Shown here in pieces: positions 1 through 7,173 of a DNA stretch of 24,000 nt. The notes beneath the pieces are model-generated. The model had not been told where the DNA came from and made no database searches. It saw nothing but the letters and a program-made list of their open reading frames with translations. How positions within the stretch are numbered: position 1 is the first letter of the stretch; every line of letters begins with the position of its first letter. The stretch lies in the NCBI GenBank assembly GCA_023267855.1, contig JALNLN010000019.1, positions 5,546-29,545 of the forward strand. Reading direction: 5' to 3'. The DNA comes from Candidatus Geocrenenecus dongiae. GTDB lineage: Archaea > Thermoproteota > Nitrososphaeria_A > Caldarchaeales > Wolframiiraptoraceae. The position numbers and the translations under genes are program-made.

Positions 1-2
1 GT

Positions 3-164
3 GACTTCGCTCTAGAAGTTAGTGATAGAGTTATAGTAATGGCGGATGGTGTGATCGTTGCCGACGGTTCACCAAAAGAGATACTGTTTAATAATAAACT
101 CTTGGAAGAATATGGGCTTGAACCTCCCAGCATACTTCTCTCGAAAACTTTAGAGGTGGGATGA
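3..164 (+). CDS. ABC-type ATPase of an ECF/cobalt-type transporter (EcfA/CbiO-like), C-terminal fragment cut by the window edge
   Basis: Frame 3 is open from the window edge: DFALEVSDRVIVMADGVIVADGSPKEILFNNKLLEEYGLEPPSILLSKTLEVG. Stop TGA 162-164 abuts ATG 165 of a CbiQ/EcfT-like gene. The tail resembles the C-terminus of CbiO/EcfA ATPases. Confidence 0.65.
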   Translation, partial: DFALEVSDRVIVMADGVIVADGSPKEILFNNKLLEEYGLEPPSILLSKTLEVG

Positions 165-878
165 ATGAAGCTTGAGATAAGTTGTGTTACGAAGATTCTC
201 CTCCTCCTATCCATAATAATTCTCGCTTTTATCTGTAGAGATCTACTACACCTACTCATTTTATCGTTAACAGCGTTCAGTATAATGGCTCTACTTAATA
301 GAGGGATGCTGTTTAACTGTGTGAAGATTGTTATACCTATGTTGATTGTCGCATTTATAACCTGGACTTTGTTTAGAAGTTACTCCATATTCTATGCGGG
401 GGGTGGAGACGTAGATTGGTATTTTGGTTCATTCATGACCGTTAGACTTTCAGCCGTACTGGCAACATCTTTTATACTTGTCTCTACAGTAAAACCTCTC
501 GACCTCATTAAAGCTCTCTTATTCTTCAAACTTCCCCGGAAAGCTGTGTTAGTAGCAGGATTAACATTCAGACACATACATACCGTTGCAAACGATTATC
601 GTACAATTAAAGAAGCATTAACATCTAAAGGCTTCGAGTTAGATAAAGGCTCACTAATAAAGAGAATCAAGAATTATTCTCTAGTAATAGTACCTCTCTT
701 GGTGCGTTGTATTGAGAATGCTGAAAAACTATCTCTAGCATTAGAGTTGAGAGGAATAAAAATAGAGAACTATGGAAGATTTTCAGAAAAGCTTAGTGGA
801 CTCGATATATTGGTAATGACTATTTGCGTCATATGTATAGTCTTCGCAATCTTATATTACTGGATAGGTGTCTTTTAA
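165..878 (+). CDS. ecfT: ECF transporter transmembrane (T) component, CbiQ/EcfT family
   Basis: 237 aa with multiple hydrophobic helices. It has the family-typical cytoplasmic Ala-Arg-Gly region (AEKLSLALELRG). It starts immediately after the ATPase stop codon. Confidence 0.75.
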   Translation: MKLEISCVTKILLLLSIIILAFICRDLLHLLILSLTAFSIMALLNRGMLFNCVKIVIPMLIVAFITWTLFRSYSIFYAGGGDVDWYFGSFMTVRLSAVLATSFILVSTVKPLDLIKALLFFKLPRKAVLVAGLTFRHIHTVANDYRTIKEALTSKGFELDKGSLIKRIKNYSLVIVPLLVRCIENAEKLSLALELRGIKIENYGRFSEKLSGLDILVMTICVICIVFAILYYWIGVF

Positions 879-879
879 A

Positions 880-1494
880 ATGTTGGAGAGAGTTCTACTA
901 TACCGTGGTCAGAAAACTTATGAAACAATAGTTAAGAACATTCGAAGAGTTCTCCCAGTAGTTAAAGTAGATGAAGGATTATGGATAGCTTCTAACGCAG
1001 ATGTAATTCTTGGAGATGTAGAGTTCATATCTAACGTAGCTAAACTTATCTCTGACATGATTGTAGAGTTTAGACCTGACCTGATAGTTACTCCTGAAGC
1101 TAAATCTATAGCATTCGCATACCAGGTAGCCAGAGAACTAGGCCACAGTAGAATAGTTGTAGCACGGAAGAGTGTAAAATCATACATGGAGAGCTATGTA
1201 GTAGAGAATGTTAAATCCATAACTACGAACAGTGTTCAAACACTTGTGCTCACAGCAGAAGATGTTAATAGAGTTAGAGATAGGAAGATATGTATTCTAG
1301 ATGATGTTGTATCAACGGGAAGTACACTAACAGCGTTAGAGAATTTAGTGGATAGAGCTGGCGGCCGAACAGTTTGTAGAGCATCAATATGGTTAGAGGG
1401 GCCATGGTATAAGAGAGAATTACTATACCTTAGTGAACTACCTATATTTGTAGGTGAAGAGAAGTTTAAAGAACTTAACAAACAGTTTAAGTAA
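880..1494 (+). CDS. Purine (adenine/6-oxopurine-type) phosphoribosyltransferase
   Basis: PRPP-binding motif ICILDDVVSTGSTL lies in a type-I PRTase-sized protein. The ORF track starts at GTG 868. ATG 880 is preferred because GGTG (867-870) sits about 9 nt upstream. The gene overlaps the end of ecfT. Confidence 0.75.
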   Translation: MLERVLLYRGQKTYETIVKNIRRVLPVVKVDEGLWIASNADVILGDVEFISNVAKLISDMIVEFRPDLIVTPEAKSIAFAYQVARELGHSRIVVARKSVKSYMESYVVENVKSITTNSVQTLVLTAEDVNRVRDRKICILDDVVSTGSTLTALENLVDRAGGRTVCRASIWLEGPWYKRELLYLSELPIFVGEEKFKELNKQFK

Positions 1495-1527
1495 GATCAT
1501 GAAATAGGCTAATCTTAAGTGATATTC

Positions 1528-2667
1528 ATGATCGAGAGGAAAGAAATACTGGAGATCATAGATGGCTACGATTTAGATAATCTCTGTATTGCTGTTCTCG
1601 GCAGTCACTCTGCTCTGGAGATCTGTAGAGGAGCGAAAGATGAAGATTTTAAAACGTTAGTGATATGTCAGCGTGGTAGAGAGAAAACCTATGAAAAATA
1701 TTATCGTTCAAGATTGAAGTTTGGTAAGAAGGTTGGATGCGTAGACGATGTAATAATTCTAGATAAGTTTAAAGATATTGTTAAGAATGAAGTCCAGAAA
1801 GAAATTAGGGATAGAAATGCCGTAATCGTACCACATAGATCCTTCTGCGTATACGTTGGTTACGATTCTATTGAAAATAATGTAAAGATACCATTATTTG
1901 GTAATAGGTTTCTCTTGAAGATAGAAGAGAGGGATGTAGAGAAGAACCAGTACTATTTACTAGAGAAATCCGGCATACCTCACCCAAGAATAATTCGTGA
2001 CCCATCTGAGATAGATTGTTTAGTGATGATTAAAGTTTCAGAAGAAGCTAGAAGTTTTGAGAGAGCGTTCTTCATAGTTTCTAGTAGGGAAGAGTACTAT
2101 AAAGTGTCAGAAGAACTGGTTAGGAAAGGTATTACGACAAGAGAAAAATTGGAGAAAGCTGTGATTGAAGAGTTTATTGTAGGTTCTCCTTTTAATTTCA
2201 ATTTCTTTTATTCCCCACTGGACGATGAGATTGAGCTTCTAGGGATAGACTTGAGAAGACAAACAAACATAGAAGGTATAACGAGACTACCAGCACCACT
2301 ACAATCAGAATTATTAAAATACCTAGATATTAGAAACATAGAAGTAGGTCACATAGCATGTACACTAAGAGAATCACTACTTGAGAGAGTTTTCGAACTT
2401 GCAGAAAAATTTGTTAAAACTGTAAGAGAAGAGTATCCTCCAGGTGTTATAGGACCGTTTGCTCTTCAATCTATAGTAACTCCTGGACCACCACGTGAAG
2501 AAGTATTTGTCTATGATGTGAGCGTTAGAGTACCCGGATCTCCTGGAACAAAGTTTACTCCATACTCTGAATACCTCTGGGGCCATGGGTTAAGTGTTGG
2601 TAGAAGGATCGCTATGGAGATACGTGAAGCAGTAAGACTTGGAAAACTAGGTGAACTGGTTACATGA
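1528..2667 (+). CDS. PurP-family ATP-grasp protein, divergent paralog (FAICAR synthetase-like)
   Basis: N-terminus MIERKEILEIIDGY...AVLGSHSALEI plus PH.SF, LFGNR, FFYSPLDDEIELLGID and PPGVIGPFALQS match the PurP family as I recall it. The glycine-rich loop is replaced by SEEARSFERAFF. The track start GTG 1519 is less likely than ATG 1528. Confidence 0.75.
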   Translation: MIERKEILEIIDGYDLDNLCIAVLGSHSALEICRGAKDEDFKTLVICQRGREKTYEKYYRSRLKFGKKVGCVDDVIILDKFKDIVKNEVQKEIRDRNAVIVPHRSFCVYVGYDSIENNVKIPLFGNRFLLKIEERDVEKNQYYLLEKSGIPHPRIIRDPSEIDCLVMIKVSEEARSFERAFFIVSSREEYYKVSEELVRKGITTREKLEKAVIEEFIVGSPFNFNFFYSPLDDEIELLGIDLRRQTNIEGITRLPAPLQSELLKYLDIRNIEVGHIACTLRESLLERVFELAEKFVKTVREEYPPGVIGPFALQSIVTPGPPREEVFVYDVSVRVPGSPGTKFTPYSEYLWGHGLSVGRRIAMEIREAVRLGKLGELVT

Positions 2668-3764
2668 TCTCTAGAGATGAAATACTTAAAATACTCTCAA
2701 AATATGATGAACATGGTCTAAAAATAGCTACTATCTGTTCTCATTCAGCTCTACAAATATTTCACGGTGCTAGAATGGAAGGATTGGAAACATTAGGTAT
2801 AGCTTTACCCAGCACTAAACCATACTATGAAAGCTTCAGTCTCGCAAAACCAGATGACTTCATTATAGTTGAAGATTACCGTAAGATCTTAAGAGAAGAT
2901 TTGCAGAAGAGATTGATAGAAGAGAATGCATTGATAATACCGCACGGGTCTTTTGTAGAATATGTTGGAGCTGGAAATATACTAGAAAAATTCTATGTGC
3001 CAATGTTTGGGAATAGGCTAACACTATACTGGGAAAGTGATCGAGAAAGACAATACGAATGGATCATGGAAGCAGGTTTACCTCACCCAAAAAGATACTA
3101 TTCACCAGAAGAAATTGACAAGCTAGTTATAGTTAAACTATGTGGAGCTAAGGGAGGATCAGGATACTTTAAAACTTCTAGCACTTCTGAATTCTACTCT
3201 AAGATTGCAGAGTTAAGAAGGAAAAAGATCATTGGAGAAGATTCAGGATACATTATTGAAGAATTTATTCCAGGTGTCAGGCTTTATCCACATTTCTTCT
3301 TTAGCCCTATTAGGGAACCAAACCTAATCTCTCTTCCCTACGGATCATTAGAGATTCTAGGTATGGATCGTAGACTTGAAGTTATAGATGAAATCCATAG
3401 AGGATTGCCTGAGACAATTGAAGATTTCCTAGATTTCACAGTTGTCGGGAACACGCCAGTAGTAGTAAGAGAAAAATTAATCATAGATATCTTAGAAATG
3501 TCTTCGAAGATAATTCAAGCATCTAGAAAACTTTTTCATCCAGGTTTAATAGGACCTTTCTGCATAGAAGTAATGTATCATCCAGAGAAGGGTTTCAAGA
3601 TATTTGAAATTTCTACACGTATAGTTGCTGGAACAAACCTGTATCCATATGGATCACCATACTCTTACTATTACTATAATGAACCAATGTCAATGGGTAG
3701 AAGAATAGCTAGAGAAATAAAAGAAGCAATAAAGATAGGTAAACTAGGAGAATTAGTATACTAA
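2664..3764 (+). CDS. purP: 5-formaminoimidazole-4-carboxamide ribonucleotide (FAICAR) synthetase PurP
   Basis: MISRDEILKIL...IATICSHSALQI, IPHGSFVEYVG, MFGNR, CGAKGGSGYF, GLIGPFCIE and MSMGRRIAREIKEA closely track archaeal PurP. Its ATG overlaps the upstream stop (ATGA at 2664-2667). Confidence 0.88.
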   Translation: MISRDEILKILSKYDEHGLKIATICSHSALQIFHGARMEGLETLGIALPSTKPYYESFSLAKPDDFIIVEDYRKILREDLQKRLIEENALIIPHGSFVEYVGAGNILEKFYVPMFGNRLTLYWESDRERQYEWIMEAGLPHPKRYYSPEEIDKLVIVKLCGAKGGSGYFKTSSTSEFYSKIAELRRKKIIGEDSGYIIEEFIPGVRLYPHFFFSPIREPNLISLPYGSLEILGMDRRLEVIDEIHRGLPETIEDFLDFTVVGNTPVVVREKLIIDILEMSSKIIQASRKLFHPGLIGPFCIEVMYHPEKGFKIFEISTRIVAGTNLYPYGSPYSYYYYNEPMSMGRRIAREIKEAIKIGKLGELVY

Positions 3765-3778
3765 GACCACCTATAGAA

Positions 3779-3799
3779 AAGTTTTATTCAATAAAACTT
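3779..3799. promoter_or_regulatory. Perfect 21-bp palindrome (10-bp arms, 1-nt centre): candidate operator for the operon-encoded DtxR-like repressor
   Basis: AAGTTTTATT c AATAAAACTT lies 34-54 nt upstream of ATG 3833. It abuts or overlaps the TATA-like TTATATT (3799-3805). Confidence 0.45.
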
Positions 3800-3832
3800 A
3801 TATTCATCATCACATAGTTGTTTACTTAGACT

Positions 3833-4852
3833 ATGAATAAGATCGCACTTATGCTTTTCTCAACAATGCTTCTATTTTCTGCATTTGTTTTTAGTGTAGG
3901 TTTTTCTTTTAGTGATGATAAGATAGTTGTGGTAACTGTTACTGAGTATCTCGCATCTATAGTGGAGAATGTTGGAGGAGACCGTGTAGAAGTTTCCTAC
4001 ATTATACCACCAAACGTGGACCCTCACCATTATGATCCACCATTAGCTGAGATCATTCAATCTTTATCAAAAGCTAGATTAGTTGTAACTACTGCTAGAA
4101 CACATCTACCTATTGAAGAGAAAATATACAAGGTTGTAGAAGAAGGTTTATTGAAAACAGAAGTGGTTGGGCTGGAAGATTACCTTGAAAATGGGTTAGA
4201 ATTATTGGAGAATCCGAGAACAGGTCAGAGAAATCTTCATGGATACTTCTACTCTATAACAGGAATCAAAGCCATTTCTAAAACCATTGCGGAAAAACTT
4301 TCAGAAATAGACACAGCGTATAGAGAATACTATCAAGAAGAACTTAGATCCTATCTGAAAATGTTAGAGAAACTTTACGATACATCTAAATCTTTGATAT
4401 ATGGAGGCCGTAAAAATGTTGCTCTGTTTTCCCCGATACTGCAATATGTTGTAAAAGATCTAGGATTGAATGTTGAGTATGTGGTTGTTGCGGAGCATGG
4501 TGCTGAGCCTTCGGAAAATGATTTGAGAACACTCCTAGATATGCTTCAAACAGGTAAAATCGATGTCTTTATCTTAACAGATGAAGAAGCTAGCCATAAT
4601 GAAGATCTATTAAAAATACTTGATGAGAAGAATTCCCCCTACATCGTTATTCCACTCAGCATACTTTCAAGAAACCCTGAAACAATCCAGTTCTCGGTAA
4701 CCAATTCCATAAATCTTCTACATTATCAATCTACTAAGAATATTGAAGCTGGATCCCAAACAATCTTGCTCATAGCTTCTATCATAGTTAATATAATCCT
4801 GTTGTCGTTAATAATTATGTTCCTGGTTAAAGTGAGGAGGGTTGGTGGCTGA
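3833..4852 (+). CDS. Metal ABC transporter substrate-binding protein (ZnuA/TroA family) with N-terminal signal helix and C-terminal membrane anchor
   Basis: Size and layout fit cluster-9 metal-binding proteins. It has a DPHHYD motif (family D/NPH.W/Y metal ligand region). It has a hydrophobic N-terminus and a C-terminal helix ILLIASIIVNIILLSLIIMFLV followed by KVRR. ABC ATPase and permease genes follow. Confidence 0.75.
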   Translation: MNKIALMLFSTMLLFSAFVFSVGFSFSDDKIVVVTVTEYLASIVENVGGDRVEVSYIIPPNVDPHHYDPPLAEIIQSLSKARLVVTTARTHLPIEEKIYKVVEEGLLKTEVVGLEDYLENGLELLENPRTGQRNLHGYFYSITGIKAISKTIAEKLSEIDTAYREYYQEELRSYLKMLEKLYDTSKSLIYGGRKNVALFSPILQYVVKDLGLNVEYVVVAEHGAEPSENDLRTLLDMLQTGKIDVFILTDEEASHNEDLLKILDEKNSPYIVIPLSILSRNPETIQFSVTNSINLLHYQSTKNIEAGSQTILLIASIIVNIILLSLIIMFLVKVRRVGG

Positions 4853-5609
4853 ACTAGTAGTAAAAAATCTTACAGTAGAATTTGATAAAGTGAAAGCATT
4901 AGATAATGTTTCATTCAATTTAGATTCTCCTTTCTTCGCAGTTATTATGGGGCCTAATGGTGCAGGTAAGACAACTTTACTTAAATCTATAATTGGGTTG
5001 GTGAAACCTTCTTCTGGGAGGATAAGTGTTTATGGTTTAAATCCATTTAGAGAAACTGGTAAAGTTAGGCAGATTATCGGTTATGCTCCTCAAATAGTAC
5101 ACATAAACATTCACGTCCCGATGATGGTTAAAGAAGTTGTAGCTATGGGTTTACTGAGCTCTCATTTACCACCTAGAATAATTGAACGTAAAGTTTGGAG
5201 TAAGGTTGATGAAGCTTTAAGGATGGTTGAGCTGGAGGGCTACTCTGAAAAATGGTTTACTGAGTTGAGTGGAGGTGAGAGGCAGAGAGTACTGATAGCC
5301 AGAGCTTTGATAAAGAATGCTAGACTTTTAATACTTGATGAACCTTTCTCCATGCTGGATTTTGAAGCAAAATGTGAGATTGCTAAACTTATACAGAGAC
5401 TTCACTTTAAGATGGGTGTGGATGTATTGATGGTTGCACATGAAGTTAGTCCATGCATAGCTTACGATCCATTAATAATTCTTCTCAATAAGAAGATATA
5501 CGCTATAGGTAAATCTACAGATGTTTTAAGATTCGAGATATTGAAGAAAGCTTACCCAGGTGTGACAGAGTTCCCGCAGGGATTCATTATCGGTGAAGAT
5601 CATGCTTGA
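4845..5609 (+). CDS. Metal ABC transporter ATP-binding protein (ZnuC-like)
   Basis: Walker A GPNGAGKTT, signature LSGGERQR, Walker B LLILDEP and H-loop VAHE are present. A strong SD GTGAGGAGG (4832-4840) precedes TTG 4842 / GTG 4845, so the exact start is ambiguous. Confidence 0.9.
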   Translation: MAELVVKNLTVEFDKVKALDNVSFNLDSPFFAVIMGPNGAGKTTLLKSIIGLVKPSSGRISVYGLNPFRETGKVRQIIGYAPQIVHINIHVPMMVKEVVAMGLLSSHLPPRIIERKVWSKVDEALRMVELEGYSEKWFTELSGGERQRVLIARALIKNARLLILDEPFSMLDFEAKCEIAKLIQRLHFKMGVDVLMVAHEVSPCIAYDPLIILLNKKIYAIGKSTDVLRFEILKKAYPGVTEFPQGFIIGEDHA

Positions 5610-6405
5610 CATAGTGGTAATGATGTACATTGCTTCTGTTCTAAGCGGTTTGATAATAGGTTCAGTTGGAGTAGTTATTGCAACTTCTAGAATCATTACC
5701 TTAACCTTAACCATACTTCACTCAGTGCTCGGTGGAGGATTACTAGCAATATATTTAAACAGCGTATTGAACTTAAATCTTCCCGTACCGTTAATCTCAA
5801 CTTTATTTGCTATCGCTCTCTCGATACTTGTAGGAGAACTTGTAGAGAAGGGTCTACATGAAGATTCTTCCATAGCTTTAGCCATCTCGATCGCAACCAC
5901 TACAACAATATTCTTCGGATATTTGGCCAGCCGTACTTCAAGCATGGCTTTATCTAAAGCCTGGGCACTTATTGCAGGCTCTTCAGCACTCGTAACAATA
6001 GAAGACTTGGTAAAGCTTTCACTAACCTTCTCCATAACTCTACCAGTGATTTACGTATTCTTCGGAGAATTCAAGTATATAGCATTTGATGAAGATGGTG
6101 CTAAAGCTATGGGCTTGAACGTAAGATTATATAGATACTTATTGTATTCTCTAGCAGCTTTATCTGCCTCCATACTTTCTTCTACAATTGGTATTCTAGC
6201 AACACATGTAGTCTTAGCTGTTCCAGGAGTACTCATAATGAAAATCTTTAAAAAACTAAGTATCTTCTATTCATGTATTATGACAGTGCTTGTCATGGTT
6301 GTAGGTTACATTCTTGCAGGTATATTTAACCTACCGCCCAGTGGAGGTGTGGGTATCATGTCCCTTATAGCTATAGCTGTGGGGGCTTTCTATGGTAGAT
6401 CTTAG
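5593..6405 (+). CDS. Metal ABC transporter permease (ABC-3/ZnuB family)
   Basis: 270 aa and almost entirely hydrophobic (about 8 helices). It overlaps the ATPase stop. Alternative start ATG 5602. Confidence 0.85.
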   Translation: MKIMLDIVVMMYIASVLSGLIIGSVGVVIATSRIITLTLTILHSVLGGGLLAIYLNSVLNLNLPVPLISTLFAIALSILVGELVEKGLHEDSSIALAISIATTTTIFFGYLASRTSSMALSKAWALIAGSSALVTIEDLVKLSLTFSITLPVIYVFFGEFKYIAFDEDGAKAMGLNVRLYRYLLYSLAALSASILSSTIGILATHVVLAVPGVLIMKIFKKLSIFYSCIMTVLVMVVGYILAGIFNLPPSGGVGIMSLIAIAVGAFYGRS

Positions 6406-6835
6406 TCAGAGAGAGATAGATTACCTAATCGTAGTCTTCAAGAAATGTAGAGAAGTAGGATACGCTAGAAATAAAGAGATAGTTAAAGAACTAAATGTAT
6501 CGAAATCCACTGCTTCTCTAATGTTAAAGAAATTATCTAAAATGGGGTTAATTAAAAGATCTAGAAGAAGGATAGAGCTAACCAGTAGAGGTAAGAAGAC
6601 TTTAACAGAATTATCTTGGAGACACTGTGTAGTTGAGTGTGCTCTATCTTCGCTGGGAGTATCTCCAAAAGATTCATGTAGAGCTGGATGGAAGATAGGT
6701 ACCCTCCTTTCTAAAGAGATGATTGAAGAACTTTGGGAGAAGCTTGGTAGACCAGAAATATGTCCATGCGGACTCAAGATTCCAGACATACCTCAATACA
6801 AAGAGATAACAAACTATCATATCTGTAGAATCTAG
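6392..6835 (+). CDS. DtxR/MntR-family metal-dependent transcriptional repressor, Cys-rich variant
   Basis: An N-terminal winged HTH (NKEIVKELNVSKSTASLMLKKLSKMGLIKR) is followed by a dimerisation/metal region WRHCVVECAL...CPCGLKIP. It is the last gene of the transporter operon and overlaps the permease stop. Confidence 0.7.
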   Translation: MVDLSQREIDYLIVVFKKCREVGYARNKEIVKELNVSKSTASLMLKKLSKMGLIKRSRRRIELTSRGKKTLTELSWRHCVVECALSSLGVSPKDSCRAGWKIGTLLSKEMIEELWEKLGRPEICPCGLKIPDIPQYKEITNYHICRI

Positions 6836-7119
6836 AACCGTTTTTCATCAACAATCTTAACGGTCTTCAAAGATAGAATCATCATAGAAATTATATCATC
6901 GAGTGTGTAGAGGAGAGAGAGAAGAGTTCTACATGATTCTACAAGTATCTTGACAACATTATCTTCTACTTTAAGAGAGATTAACAATCCATGTGGAAGA
7001 GGAAAATTATCTGGATTAATAGATCCAGAGATTATTCTGGCCTCCTCAGAACTACTGAATACTAGTTCTAGGAAAGCTTTAGCCTCAACTACAAGATCTT
7101 CTCTTCCAGAATCACACAT
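6832..7119 (-). CDS. pcc1: KEOPS complex subunit Pcc1-like
   Basis: 95 aa. The pattern AKAFLELVFSSSEEARIISGSINPD...LISLKVEDNVVKILVES...LLSLLYTLDDIISMM aligns by eye with archaeal Pcc1 (beta-beta-beta-alpha layout). Confidence 0.5.
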   Translation of the reverse strand: MCDSGREDLVVEAKAFLELVFSSSEEARIISGSINPDNFPLPHGLLISLKVEDNVVKILVESCRTLLSLLYTLDDIISMMILSLKTVKIVDEKRF

Positions 7120-7173
7120 CTCGAGAATATCTTAATTTGTCTAATTTGATAAATCTTACTCTTAAATGTATTT

